Assembly (NCBI GenBank): GCA_964453635.1
Contig: CAYVSK010000005.1
Span: 1,760-57,314 of the forward strand
DNA: 55,555 bases
Reading direction: 5' to 3'
Source: an uncultured Weeksellaceae bacterium
GTDB lineage: Bacteria; Bacteroidota; Bacteroidia; Flavobacteriales_D; CAYVSK01
Under the pieces are notes generated by a model that was given only the letters and a program-made list of their open reading frames with translations, had not been told where the DNA came from and did no database searches. The position numbers were made by a program, and so were the translations under genes. Shown here piece after piece: positions 38,162-47,572 of this stretch (position 1 is the stretch's first letter; the number at the start of each line of letters is the position of its first letter).

Positions 38162-39832
38162 TCAGCTGTTCATGGAGATCAGGAACTCCTCGTTGTTCTT
38201 GGTGGCCTCGAGCTTTTCCTTGAGGAACTCCATGGATTCCAGCGGGGTCATTTCGGCAAGGTGCTTGCGCAGCAGCCAGACCCGTTGAAGGCTGTCCTTG
38301 TCCATGAGCAGGTCCTCTCTTCTCGTGCCGGACGCATTGAGATCGATCGCCGGGAAAATGCGGCGATTCGCGATCCGACGGTCCAGTTGAAGTTCCATGT
38401 TGCCCGTGCCCTTGAACTCTTCAAAGATCACCTCGTCCATCTTGGAGCCCGTCTCCGTGAGGGCTGTGGCAAGGATGGTGAGCGATCCCCCTTTCTCGAT
38501 ATTCCGGGCGGCTCCGAAGAATTGTTTGGGCTTGTGGAGTGCGTTGGCATCCACACCACCGGAAAGGACTTTCCCGGATGCCGGGGATACCGTGTTGTAA
38601 GCACGGGCCAGTCTTGTGATGGAGTCCAGCAGGATCACCACATCGTGGCCGCATTCCACCATGCGGCGCGCTTTGTTGAGGACGATGTTGGCGATCTTGA
38701 CGTGTCTTTCCGCCGGTTCGTCGAAGGTCGAGGAGACCACCTCGGCCTTCACGTTCCGGGTCATATCCGTGACCTCTTCCGGCCGCTCATCGATCAGGAG
38801 GATCAGGAGGTAGGTCTCGGGATGATTGGCGGCAATGGCATTGGCCACGTCCTTGAGAAGGCTCGTTTTTCCGGTCTTGGGTTGGGAAACGATCATCCCC
38901 CTTTGTCCTTTTCCGATCGGCGAGAAAAGGTCCATCAAGCGTGTGGACGTCGGGGTCTTGTCGTGCCCTGTTATCTGGAATTTTTCTTCCGGGAAAAGGG
39001 GCGTAAGGTGATCGAAAGGCACCCGGTCCCTGACGAACTCGGGCTCACGGCCATTGATGGATTCCACCTTGATCAGGGGGAAATACTTTTCTCCATCCTT
39101 GGGGGGTCTGATGCTTCCCCGGACGGTGTCTCCCGTCTTCAACCCGAAGAGCTTGATCTGGGATTGGGATACGTAAATGTCATCCGGCGAGCTCATGTAG
39201 TTGTAATCGGATGAGCGCAGGAATCCGTATCCGTCAGGCATGGTCTCGAGCACCCCTTCATTGGAAATGATCCCTTCGAAGGAGTAGGTCTGGGCCGGGT
39301 TCTGGGCCTTTTCTTTGTCCTTCTTGCCTTTGTCCTCGGTTTCTTTTCTTTCCTCCCGGGCCGGCGCCTCGGAGCCTTTGTCCGTTTTCATCTCCGCTTT
39401 TTGGTCCTCCCCTTTGGCTTCTTTGTGCGGGGGTCTTGTGTCTTCCTTTTCCGGACTACCGGTGTTTTGTTTTCTTCTTTCCATTTTTCTTCGTTCGATG
39501 TCATCTATGGGTGACGATTTACCGGTAGCATTTTCACTGGCTTCAGTTTTTTCCGATACCGGTGACTCGGTCTTTTTCTCTTCGCCTTTGCGCTGCTTGT
39601 TTCCGTCCCCCTTAGCAGGTTCGGGTTGGTCCCGAGTGAATTTCTGGGCCTTCTCTTTTTCCTCTTTCGGCCCCTTTTTGTTGTCGGAAGGGGGATTCAC
39701 GGCCTGTTCATCGAGGATCTTGTAGATCAGGTCCTGTTTTTTCATCGAGTCAGGCCGCTTAATATCCAGTTCCTTGGCGATATCACGCAACTCAGAAACC
39801 TTCTTGTTGGTCAGCTCGATAATATCGTACAT
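38162..39832 (-). CDS. rho: Transcription termination factor Rho with ~140-aa K/E-rich N-terminal insertion
   Basis: The N-terminus is [24 protein letters not shown]. The C-terminal two thirds is near-collinear with E. coli Rho ([76 protein letters not shown]). Confidence 0.97.
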   Translation of the reverse strand: MYDIIELTNKKVSELRDIAKELDIKRPDSMKKQDLIYKILDEQAVNPPSDNKKGPKEEKEKAQKFTRDQPEPAKGDGNKQRKGEEKKTESPVSEKTEASENATGKSSPIDDIERRKMERRKQNTGSPEKEDTRPPHKEAKGEDQKAEMKTDKGSEAPAREERKETEDKGKKDKEKAQNPAQTYSFEGIISNEGVLETMPDGYGFLRSSDYNYMSSPDDIYVSQSQIKLFGLKTGDTVRGSIRPPKDGEKYFPLIKVESINGREPEFVRDRVPFDHLTPLFPEEKFQITGHDKTPTSTRLMDLFSPIGKGQRGMIVSQPKTGKTSLLKDVANAIAANHPETYLLILLIDERPEEVTDMTRNVKAEVVSSTFDEPAERHVKIANIVLNKARRMVECGHDVVILLDSITRLARAYNTVSPASGKVLSGGVDANALHKPKQFFGAARNIEKGGSLTILATALTETGSKMDEVIFEEFKGTGNMELQLDRRIANRRIFPAIDLNASGTRREDLLMDKDSLQRVWLLRKHLAEMTPLESMEFLKEKLEATKNNEEFLISMNS

Positions 39833-40165
39833 GTAACTATGGAATTGTTGGGTTCAAGCTCGTGTTGTCAGCAAGCTGGAATCTCGTCTTTAAAGATTTG
39901 GCGATCTTTGAGAATGGGAACTTTCGGGCCTACACGATCGGCAGTCACCCGCGTGGAGTAAAATCTGTTGCAATTATACGAATTATCGCGCTGATGAAAA
40001 GAGGCTGGAGAAAATTTTTTCAACGATCCCAGCCCGAAAGAGGGCCTGTCTTTCTCCGGGGTCCTTGTCTGTAAGCGGGAATTGTTGCGCTTTTTTTCGT
40101 TTCGAGCTCGTTTGAAAAGGTATAGACGGCGAATTTCAGTTCCTGGAGGAGGGAGAATACCATGT

Positions 40166-40903
40166 TCAGAGGCTCATCAACTCCTTAAATCGTGCAGCCT
40201 GGCGTCTGGAGATCTCCACCTCCTCTCCTCCTTTCATCCGGACCAAAAGGCGTCCATTGAACCAATTTTCAATGGAATCGACCCATTTGAGGTTGATGAT
40301 GGACTTTCTGCTCGCCCGGAAAAAACTTTTGGGGTCCAGGCGCTTCTCCAGGTCGTTCAGGGATTTCAAGACAAGCGGCTTTTCATCCCGGAAACGAACC
40401 CGTACGTAATTGCCTTCGGATTCGAAGAGCCGGATCTCGGAGAGGGGCACGAACCAGCATTGATCCCGGTCCTTCAAGAAGATCCGGTCCTCATCCCGGA
40501 GTTTCTCGTCCTCGTTCTGAACGGAGACGGGGGAGCTTTCAAGGGTTTCTCCCTGTTTTTCTCTGACCCGGTCCAGAGACTCTCGCAAACGGTCGCGCTC
40601 AACGGGTTTTAAGAGGTAGTCCAGAGCATTTACTTGGAAAGCCCGAATGGCATATTCATCGTGGGCTGTTACGAATATGACCGCCGGTAGTTTCGTGGTC
40701 AAGGATTCAAGTACTTCAAAACCGTTCTTGCCGGGCATTTGGATGTCGAGAAGCACCAGATCGGGTTTCTCTTCATCGATCGTGCGGATGGCTTCATCCG
40801 GATCGGCACATTCGCCGATCACTTCGATATCGGAATGTTCTTCCAGGAGGTCCCGGATCTCTTTACGGGCCAGTCTTTCGTCGTCAACGATAAGGGTTCT
40901 CAT
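40166..40903 (-). CDS. LytTR-family response regulator
   Basis: The receiver domain is MRTLIVDDERLARKEI...PDLVLLDIQMPGKNGFE. The C-terminal LytTR-like domain is ..IFLKDRDQCWFVPLSEIRLFESEGNYVRV... Confidence 0.9.
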   Translation of the reverse strand: MRTLIVDDERLARKEIRDLLEEHSDIEVIGECADPDEAIRTIDEEKPDLVLLDIQMPGKNGFEVLESLTTKLPAVIFVTAHDEYAIRAFQVNALDYLLKPVERDRLRESLDRVREKQGETLESSPVSVQNEDEKLRDEDRIFLKDRDQCWFVPLSEIRLFESEGNYVRVRFRDEKPLVLKSLNDLEKRLDPKSFFRASRKSIINLKWVDSIENWFNGRLLVRMKGGEEVEISRRQAARFKELMSL

Positions 40904-41967
40904 GGGCCAGCGGGTTCTTTTGGAATATCGATCACGGTCCGCACCTGCCCGTTCTCTTCCTCCATATCGAAACGACCCTGCTCGCCGTAAAGAAGTTCGA
41001 TCCGCTTGCGCGTATTGGCGAGACCGATCCCGTTCTTTACGGAAGCCCCGTTGCGGGGAAGAGTGCCTGAGTTCAGGACCTCGATCCGCAACAGTCCTGC
41101 GTCCCCTTTTCCTTTAATGGTCAATTCGCCACCTTTTGGGAGGCCGGCGATCCCGTGTTTGATTGCGTTCTCAACGATCGTCTGGAGCATGAGGGGCGGT
41201 ACTTGATGACCAAGGGTCTCTTCATCGATATCGAAGTTTACCTGGAGCCTTTCTTCGAGCCGGATCCGCTCGAGCTCGATGTAGGTCCGGACCATATCGA
41301 GTTCCTCCCCGAAGGGGATCAGTTTTTTCTTGCCGGAGTGAAGGGCGTTCCTCAGGATCCTCGAAAGCTGGGTGATCGCTTCTTTTGCTTTGGCCGGGTC
41401 CTCGTCGATCAGGCCCCGGATGCTGTTCAGGGAGTTGAACATGAAATGGGGATTGAGCTGGGACTTGAGGTTGTTCAATTCCACTTCGTTCCGGGATGCT
41501 TCCCACTGCAGATTCTCCATCTCCTGTTGGCGGGATCGCTCAAAGAAGTGATAGGAAAAGTACAGGAGCCCCCAGAGCAGGATCACCAGGGACCAGTTCA
41601 GAATCAACTGGAGGCTTTTGAGAAATGGTGCACTGAGAATGGGGTCCACGTAGGGGAAGAAGAGGTCCAGCACGGCTCCGTGTATCAGAAAGAACAAGAC
41701 CCCCCAGATCAATGCCGCAATGGGGAGTCGGGGCACGATGGAGCGGATGTCGAGTTTGAGCCAGTCCCATTTGATGATGATCCACCGAAAAGCGTGGCTG
41801 ATGCCGAGCCCGACAAAGAAAACGGCCCCCAGTGTGGGAATCAGGCCTGCATCGAACTCCCCGGCGAGCTTGTTCATGATCGCCGAAAGAAGCACATAGG
41901 TGCCCCAGCCAATGAGATTGGCGGACCAGTATATGAATCGTTTTTTCCGGGATGAAAGCTGGACCAA
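40900..41967 (-). CDS. LytS/YehU-type sensor histidine kinase
   Basis: Several N-terminal TM helices are followed by the His_kinase motif LKSQLNPHFMFNSLNSI and an HATPase-like C-terminus (ENAIKHG...GIGLANTRKRIELLYG). It has a 4-bp overlap with the regulator. Confidence 0.88.
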   Translation of the reverse strand: MVQLSSRKKRFIYWSANLIGWGTYVLLSAIMNKLAGEFDAGLIPTLGAVFFVGLGISHAFRWIIIKWDWLKLDIRSIVPRLPIAALIWGVLFFLIHGAVLDLFFPYVDPILSAPFLKSLQLILNWSLVILLWGLLYFSYHFFERSRQQEMENLQWEASRNEVELNNLKSQLNPHFMFNSLNSIRGLIDEDPAKAKEAITQLSRILRNALHSGKKKLIPFGEELDMVRTYIELERIRLEERLQVNFDIDEETLGHQVPPLMLQTIVENAIKHGIAGLPKGGELTIKGKGDAGLLRIEVLNSGTLPRNGASVKNGIGLANTRKRIELLYGEQGRFDMEEENGQVRTVIDIPKEPAGP

Positions 41968-42125
41968 TCGGCGCTTTTTCTGTAAATTTAGGGATCTTGG
42001 AGGGAATCGCTACGGCCCATTGATGAATGGTGTACCCTGTTGTTTGAATGGCGTCCAATGACTTATCCGCTTTCTTCTGATCTGTTCCCCGTTGTCCCCT
42101 TTATCCGGTGGATGCTTCTTGTTGT

Positions 42126-42719
42126 ATGAACTTGCTCGCGCATATCTATCTCTCCGGGGATGACCGACTGCTTTTGCTGGGGAATTTCATCGGGGATGCG
42201 GTGAAAGGAAAAGCTTACGAGAACTATCCCCCCGGTATTCGCAAAGGGATCCTGGCGCATCGCTTCATCGATTCCTTCACCGACGACCATCCGCTCGGGA
42301 AAGAGGCCCGGGTTTTGATCCGCCCTTTTGCCGGAAAATTCGCACCCGTGGTCCTGGACTTGCTATATGACCATTTCCTGGCCAGGGAATGGGCGCGTTT
42401 CCACTTCTTACCCCTGGACCAATATGCCCTGCAGGTATACCAAATTCTCGGGGAATATAGTGATTGGATGCCGCAGCGGATCCAGAAAATGTACCGCTAC
42501 ATGAGCCGGGAGGATTGGCTAACGGGATATGCCACAAAGGAAGGTATACAACGCGCCATGCGGGGGCTTTCCAAACGGTCCGAGTACCCCTTTGATCCGG
42601 TCCAGAGCCTCGCGGTCCTGAATGATCACGAAAAAGAACTCCACGAAATCTTTCTTCGTTTCTTCCCGCTGATGGAGAAGAAACTGGTGGAATGGAAAAG
42701 AGCGGTGGAAGACTCGTAG
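42126..42719 (+). CDS. acpH: Acyl carrier protein phosphodiesterase
   Basis: ORF 42108..42719, with the likely start at MNLLAHIYLSGDD (42126). MN(F/L)LAH..L...GN...D..KG and H..ID..TD match E. coli AcpH. Confidence 0.85.
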   Translation: MNLLAHIYLSGDDRLLLLGNFIGDAVKGKAYENYPPGIRKGILAHRFIDSFTDDHPLGKEARVLIRPFAGKFAPVVLDLLYDHFLAREWARFHFLPLDQYALQVYQILGEYSDWMPQRIQKMYRYMSREDWLTGYATKEGIQRAMRGLSKRSEYPFDPVQSLAVLNDHEKELHEIFLRFFPLMEKKLVEWKRAVEDS

Positions 42720-42800
42720 GCGGCTGTTTTTAGGGGGGTTGCTTTAAAGGAAAGATGGGACGGTGACCTTTATCTGCACAGTGTGCTTTGCGTAGCCGCT

Positions 42801-43415
42801 TCAATCGCTTTGTCTAAAGATATATGACACCAACTCATCGAAGGGTTTCGGGTCGTTCTTCATGCTGTCCGAATGGATGTGGGCCATCATTTTGATGTAA
42901 TTCGGCTGCTCATTGATCAGGTTGTGCTCCAGTAGGATATTCCCGTATATCTGGTCCGTGACATTCCCGACCTCCTTGTTCACGGGAGGTTTGAGAAAAT
43001 GGGTCTCGACCGTTTCGATCCGGTCACTGAGGTCCCGGATCTCCCGGTCGGTGTTGTAATGTTTGTAGCCAAGCTCGAGCACGCGGTCTTTCATGAGCTC
43101 AAAGAGGAAGTGGAATTCTTCCGGGTCGATCCCTTCTTTGTAAGGGAAATAAAGCCCATTGGAGTAAGGGGTTCGGTGTTGATACATGCTCAGCCAGGCC
43201 TGTCGTCCCATGGAAGATTCCTGAAAGGCTGTCTGCAGGGAGCTCATGATGACCTTGTAAGAGCGTTCCCGGCACCATTCATGGTAGCGTTCCATGAAGC
43301 GTTCCCGTCGTTTCTCGATCTCTTCCTGGATAAAGGGGACATCGACTTGTTTTGGGGCAGCCTTTTGACCGCTCGAGGAGAATAGATTTTGTTTGAGCCA
43401 TTCAAAGAAGTTCAT
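42801..43415 (-). CDS. Hypothetical cytoplasmic protein
   Basis: 204-aa ORF with protein-like composition. I recognise no motif. Confidence 0.5.
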   Translation of the reverse strand: MNFFEWLKQNLFSSSGQKAAPKQVDVPFIQEEIEKRRERFMERYHEWCRERSYKVIMSSLQTAFQESSMGRQAWLSMYQHRTPYSNGLYFPYKEGIDPEEFHFLFELMKDRVLELGYKHYNTDREIRDLSDRIETVETHFLKPPVNKEVGNVTDQIYGNILLEHNLINEQPNYIKMMAHIHSDSMKNDPKPFDELVSYIFRQSD

Positions 43416-43487
43416 GGGGCGTTTGATTGGAAGGGATGGCCCTTGTTCATTGGAGTATTGAGATGGACAGCAGGGTTCGCGGGATCC

Positions 43488-45278
43488 TTAATTCTTCACC
43501 ATTAATTTTCGGGCACGCTGCCCTTTTTGGGTTTCCAGGATCACCGTGTAGGATCCTGGGGCAAGGTTCCGGGCATCGAGGAAGAACTTGGATTCCCCGG
43601 CCTCGATGGTCCCTTCGTGGATGGTCCGGACGACCTTGCCCAACATATCGTACACCCGGATGCTCCCCTGTACGGGTCTGTCGTTCGTTACGGGAATAGC
43701 CGTAATGGCTTTCGCGGGATTGGGGTAAATGGCCTTGAGGGTGAGTGAAGGGGGTGTATCTGTTTCGGGTACCGTGGTCGGTCCGGTCACTTTGAAGTCC
43801 CAATAACCTTCCGGAGCCGGCATGGGTCGTGTAATGGTGTGCCCATTCTGGGCCTCGGCCCGGATGTAGTAAAAGATCTCTGTTCCGGCCGCCTGACCGG
43901 GTATGTCGGCCGTCCAGATAGAGTCTGACGGGCCGGTCCGGTTCATGGACGTAGACTGGTAGCCCGAGCTGGTATCGGTCGTATAATGCAAAGTGGCATT
44001 CGCGATCCCGTCACGGTGGCGGATCAGGGCCTCCACCGGATAGGGGTCGTTCGAGCTCGTGTTGTCCAGGGGTTGATGGGAGATCAGCAAGGGGTCCTCG
44101 ACGCCGATCGACCGGGTGATGCAGTGCAGGGCCCCCGTGGCCTCGATGATGTTATTGCAATCGATGCCCCGGACCTTGTAGCCGGGCATGGCCTCCCGGT
44201 AGATCCGGAAAGCGGTGGTGTCGAATTTCTCCTCATAGGCCGGCACCAGGACGGTGTTGTTGACGATCACGCTGTTCGTATAGGTGCGGTAATCCGCCCC
44301 CCAATAGGTTCCGTCCGGATAATCCCCGTTCTCGGGCGGCATGGGGATCCTGACGACCTCGAAGTCGTCCCCGAAAACGGATTTGAAATTGCTGAGGACA
44401 TAGTCCAGGTTCGCTTCGATCTGGGGGCCATCGGCGACCCCATCAGGATATTCCCCGACGAGGAGGGTCTCTTCATCCAGGACTTTCCAGTGCATGTCGA
44501 TGTGGTGAATGACGTCGTAGGGGAGCGTGTCCATCTTGATGAAGCGATCGATCCCCATGAAAGCGTTCATCATGGAATCGATCTCGCCCTCGGTCTTTTC
44601 ACTGACCCCGTAGTCATTGCCGGCCTTGTTCTCCTCGAGGATAAGCTTGGACGCAAAGGCCGTGCCCCGTCCATCGTGCTGGAAATTCCCGCCGGGATGG
44701 GCCAGGTCGTAGGGTGCCTGGGTCATGCTGTAGAGCGGCACATCGAGATGCTCGGCGATCTCGCCGGGGATCGTGTCGTCCGCAGGTCGCGGGCGGTTGT
44801 AGACCCAATCCAGCAACATGAGGGAGTCCACCCCGTTGCGGTAGACCGTGTTCGGTCCGTAATCCCGCATCCAAACGCTGTCATAGGGCCGTTCCAGAAA
44901 GATCACGTTGTCGGTCCCGATCCCTTCATTGGAGAGGGTGGACTTCACCTGGGCCGAATCCGAGCAGATGATCATAACATTGCTTTCCTGCACGGAATAG
45001 CGCACGATCTCAGTGAGGACGTCCTCGTAATTCGCCCAGGTGATCACCAGGGCCTGGAGCTCTTCCCACTCAGCCATGGGCCTTACGGGAAAGTCAGGAG
45101 GTTGGGTGATCCCGCGGGGGGATTGGCCAAAGGGATTGATCTCTCCCGGGATCCTTGCCTTTTCCCCGGGTGTCATCTCGTGGGGGAGCGGCTCCCGGTC
45201 TTCCTGAGCTTCGGTCTCCAGAGCCCCCAGCATCGATATCAGCACGATGAATAAAAAAGTGGTCTTTGTAGGTCCCAT
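43488..45278 (-). CDS. Agmatine deiminase / Porphyromonas-type peptidylarginine deiminase-fold enzyme with signal peptide and T9SS C-terminal domain
   Basis: SVWMRDYGP, GGNFQHDG.GT and the catalytic-Cys context GALHCITRSIG are the guanidino-modifying (PAD_porph/AguA) motifs. The C-terminus AIYPNPA...IRVYDMLGKVV.....LAPGSYTVILET....RKLMVKN matches the T9SS CTD pattern. Confidence 0.85.
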   Translation of the reverse strand: MGPTKTTFLFIVLISMLGALETEAQEDREPLPHEMTPGEKARIPGEINPFGQSPRGITQPPDFPVRPMAEWEELQALVITWANYEDVLTEIVRYSVQESNVMIICSDSAQVKSTLSNEGIGTDNVIFLERPYDSVWMRDYGPNTVYRNGVDSLMLLDWVYNRPRPADDTIPGEIAEHLDVPLYSMTQAPYDLAHPGGNFQHDGRGTAFASKLILEENKAGNDYGVSEKTEGEIDSMMNAFMGIDRFIKMDTLPYDVIHHIDMHWKVLDEETLLVGEYPDGVADGPQIEANLDYVLSNFKSVFGDDFEVVRIPMPPENGDYPDGTYWGADYRTYTNSVIVNNTVLVPAYEEKFDTTAFRIYREAMPGYKVRGIDCNNIIEATGALHCITRSIGVEDPLLISHQPLDNTSSNDPYPVEALIRHRDGIANATLHYTTDTSSGYQSTSMNRTGPSDSIWTADIPGQAAGTEIFYYIRAEAQNGHTITRPMPAPEGYWDFKVTGPTTVPETDTPPSLTLKAIYPNPAKAITAIPVTNDRPVQGSIRVYDMLGKVVRTIHEGTIEAGESKFFLDARNLAPGSYTVILETQKGQRARKLMVKN

Positions 45279-45325
45279 GAACGGAACGATTTTCTTTTGA
45301 TAAAGGTAGAAGATCTCGTCCGGCT

Positions 45326-46069
45326 TTGCTTATCTTCATGCCCTTCGACGGCGTATCCATGGAAAAGGAGGCCCACCGGACATACGATCTGCGCGTGATC
45401 GAAACGGGGGACGGTTCGCGCTCCCTTGAGGCCCTCGGGTTGAATGAGACCTACCATTCCCGCAATGGGGCTTATCAGGAATCGATGCACGTGTTCATCC
45501 GGAATGGTTTGCGTTGGGCTTCCCGCAAGTGGCCGGATCGTACGATCAAGGTGCTGGAGGTGGGGTTCGGTACCGGGATGAACGCTTTTCTGAGTTATCT
45601 GGAGACCCTGGGGGAAAAGGTCCGGGTCGAATACACGGCCCTGGAGCCTCATCCCCTGCCTTTCGACGTACGGGTTGAATTGGGTGTGCCTCATCGGGTC
45701 GGGGGAACGGGCCACGAAGTGGTCTTTGAACGGCTCCATGCCTTGCCCGACACTGAGCTCGCTGAGATCCACCCCGGCTTCACTTTCCGCCGCTTCGCGG
45801 AAAGGGTCCAGGACATCGAGCGGGTCGGGCGTTCGGGTTCCCCGTTCCATATCATCTTTTACGATGCCTTCGCACCGGGTGCACAGGAGGATATGTGGGA
45901 GCCCCGGATCTTCCGGGAGCTTTTCCACCAAATGGTGGAAGGGGGAGCGCTCGTTACGTATTGTGCCCAGGGAGGCTTCCGGCGAGGGTTGAAAGAAACA
46001 GGGTGGACCGTCCAGGAACTCCCTGGTCCGCCAGGTAAACGCGAAATGACAAGAGCCATAGTTTCATGA
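45326..46069 (+). CDS. mnmD: tRNA (mnm5s2U34) methyltransferase, MnmC methyltransferase-domain-only (MnmD/DUF752) type
   Basis: ETGDGS.SL......ETYHSRNGA..ES.HVFI, LEVGFGTGMN, FYDAFAP..QEDMW and GPPGKREM are present. Start is uncertain (45326, 45338 or 45359). Confidence 0.8.
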   Translation: MLIFMPFDGVSMEKEAHRTYDLRVIETGDGSRSLEALGLNETYHSRNGAYQESMHVFIRNGLRWASRKWPDRTIKVLEVGFGTGMNAFLSYLETLGEKVRVEYTALEPHPLPFDVRVELGVPHRVGGTGHEVVFERLHALPDTELAEIHPGFTFRRFAERVQDIERVGRSGSPFHIIFYDAFAPGAQEDMWEPRIFRELFHQMVEGGALVTYCAQGGFRRGLKETGWTVQELPGPPGKREMTRAIVS

Positions 46070-46521
46070 GGATCGAGCATTTCAATCTAAGGGTATACGG
46101 CATCCTCGTCCGGAACGAGGCCGTTCTATTGGTGGATGAGATCATCCAGGACGATGTTTATACAAAATTCCCCGGTGGTGGTCTGGAGTACGGAGAGGGG
46201 CCGGTCGACTGTCTGCACAGGGAGGCCTTGGAAGAACTCGGCCAGGAGGTGGAGATCATCGATCATTTCTACACCACCGATTTTTTCCAGCAGTCCGCTT
46301 TTAAAAAGAACGATCAGGTGATCAGCATCTATTACCGCATGGCTTTGGAACAACCCCCTGCTTTCGAGGCTTTCCCGGAGCGTTTGTCGAAGGAGGACCT
46401 CCTGGAACGGGAGGAACAACTGGCCTTCCGTTGGAAGCCCCTGGCCGACCTTTCCGTGGAGGATGTGAACTTCCGGATCGATCGGGTTGCTGTGGAGCGT
46501 TTGTTGGAGGAGGAGAGGTAG
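46066..46521 (+). CDS. NUDIX hydrolase
   Basis: The Nudix box is GGGLEYGEGPVDCLHREALEELG. It has a 4-bp overlap with mnmD. Confidence 0.85.
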   Translation: MRIEHFNLRVYGILVRNEAVLLVDEIIQDDVYTKFPGGGLEYGEGPVDCLHREALEELGQEVEIIDHFYTTDFFQQSAFKKNDQVISIYYRMALEQPPAFEAFPERLSKEDLLEREEQLAFRWKPLADLSVEDVNFRIDRVAVERLLEEER

Positions 46522-46619
46522 GGGATTGTGATCGGGAATCGGTGAATGGTCATGGTCGTGAAGCTTGGCGCTTAGAGCTTTGATGCTGCAGGTGGTCAGT
46601 GTGAGGGGCCTGCCTTTTG

Positions 46620-46649
46620 CCCAACCCCCATCCCCCATCCCCAATCCCC
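46620..46649 (-). repeat. G-tract run (five G3-5 tracts with 2-3-nt spacers) on the minus strand; a C-tract / i-motif-type run on the plus strand
   Basis: The plus strand reads CCCAACCCCCATCCCCCATCCCCAATCCCC. The run abuts the EamA stop codon at 46649-46651. Confidence 0.8.
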
Positions 46650-47515
46650 TAAAGCACGATCAAGAGGACCCCGCCGAACATGATCAGGGCGCCGGTCACC
46701 CGCTCTTGGAACTTTTCCTCTTTGAAGAGGAGTTTTCCCCAGATCACGCTGAGAACCGTGCTGACCCGCTTGATCGCGATCACGTAGACCACCAGGGTGT
46801 AATGGAGGGCGGTCATCTGGCAGATCAGGGAGATGGCACTGGTGAGACCGATGGGCAGGAGGGTCTTGAAATGGGTCCCGAGCTCCTTGCTCCTGCCCGG
46901 GGCTTTCCAAGCCACGATCGGCCACATGAAGAGGGTGATGAAAATGTTCGTGGCCAGCACCCAGTAAAAAGGGGAGGAGTTGTTGATCCCGATCTTGTCG
47001 AAGTTCGCGGCGATGCTCCAGATCAGGGCTACCAGGAGCATGAGCCGAGGGCCCTTGTCGTTCGCCATGGCCTTGAACGGGGCGAGGATCCCGCCTTTCT
47101 CCCGGTTGAGGTGGAGGATGAAGGAGCCCGCGACGATCAAAAGGGTGCCGATCAGGCCCTGTAGGTCCGGGAACTCCCCGACGATGATCGGGGAGGTGAT
47201 CAAGAGAAAGGCCGGGGAGAAGGAGACCATGGGCACGGTCACAGAAAGGTCCGATTCTTTAATGGCTTGCATATAGAGGATCGTGGTAAAGATATTGAGC
47301 ACACCACCCGCGATCAAGGCGTACCAGAATTTGGGATCGAGGCTTGGCACCTCCAGGAAGAAGAGGACCGGGAGAAGGAAAGGGATGGAGACGGCCCTTT
47401 GGGACCAGGATACGATGTAGAGGTTCACCCGGGCGAGCCCCCATTTGCTGAACACGTCGGTAAGGGAGCGGAAAAAAGCGGTCAGGAATGCCAGGACCGG
47501 CCAAAGCATGGGCAC
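46649..47515 (-). CDS. EamA/DMT-family transporter
   Basis: 288 aa with 10 hydrophobic helices in two similar halves, which is EamA-like. Confidence 0.8.
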   Translation of the reverse strand: MPMLWPVLAFLTAFFRSLTDVFSKWGLARVNLYIVSWSQRAVSIPFLLPVLFFLEVPSLDPKFWYALIAGGVLNIFTTILYMQAIKESDLSVTVPMVSFSPAFLLITSPIIVGEFPDLQGLIGTLLIVAGSFILHLNREKGGILAPFKAMANDKGPRLMLLVALIWSIAANFDKIGINNSSPFYWVLATNIFITLFMWPIVAWKAPGRSKELGTHFKTLLPIGLTSAISLICQMTALHYTLVVYVIAIKRVSTVLSVIWGKLLFKEEKFQERVTGALIMFGGVLLIVL

Positions 47516-47572
47516 AAATAAAAGGGTCTTCGAGCTTTCCGGATCATTTGCGTACTTTGGCGCTTATTTAAG

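Noticed and set aside
38261-39214. 317-aa plus-strand ORF antisense to rho. Similar long antisense ORFs lie at 4164-4985, 41155-41955, 20470-21183, 7696-8397 and 17181-17840.
   Set aside because: Each overlaps a confidently identified gene on the other strand and shows shadow-ORF composition. There is no independent support.
43986-45254. 422-aa plus-strand ORF fully antisense to the T9SS deiminase gene
   Set aside because: Its composition (very rich in D/V/G/R/H/L) has no recognisable motifs. It lies exactly opposite a gene with strong family motifs. This is a typical shadow ORF produced by codon bias in a GC-rich coding region.
46620-46649. CCCCAT-like short tandem pattern considered as a possible CRISPR or microsatellite
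   Set aside because: It is only 30 nt with irregular 6-7-nt units and has no spacers. It is better described as a C/G-tract run and is reported as a G4/i-motif candidate instead.
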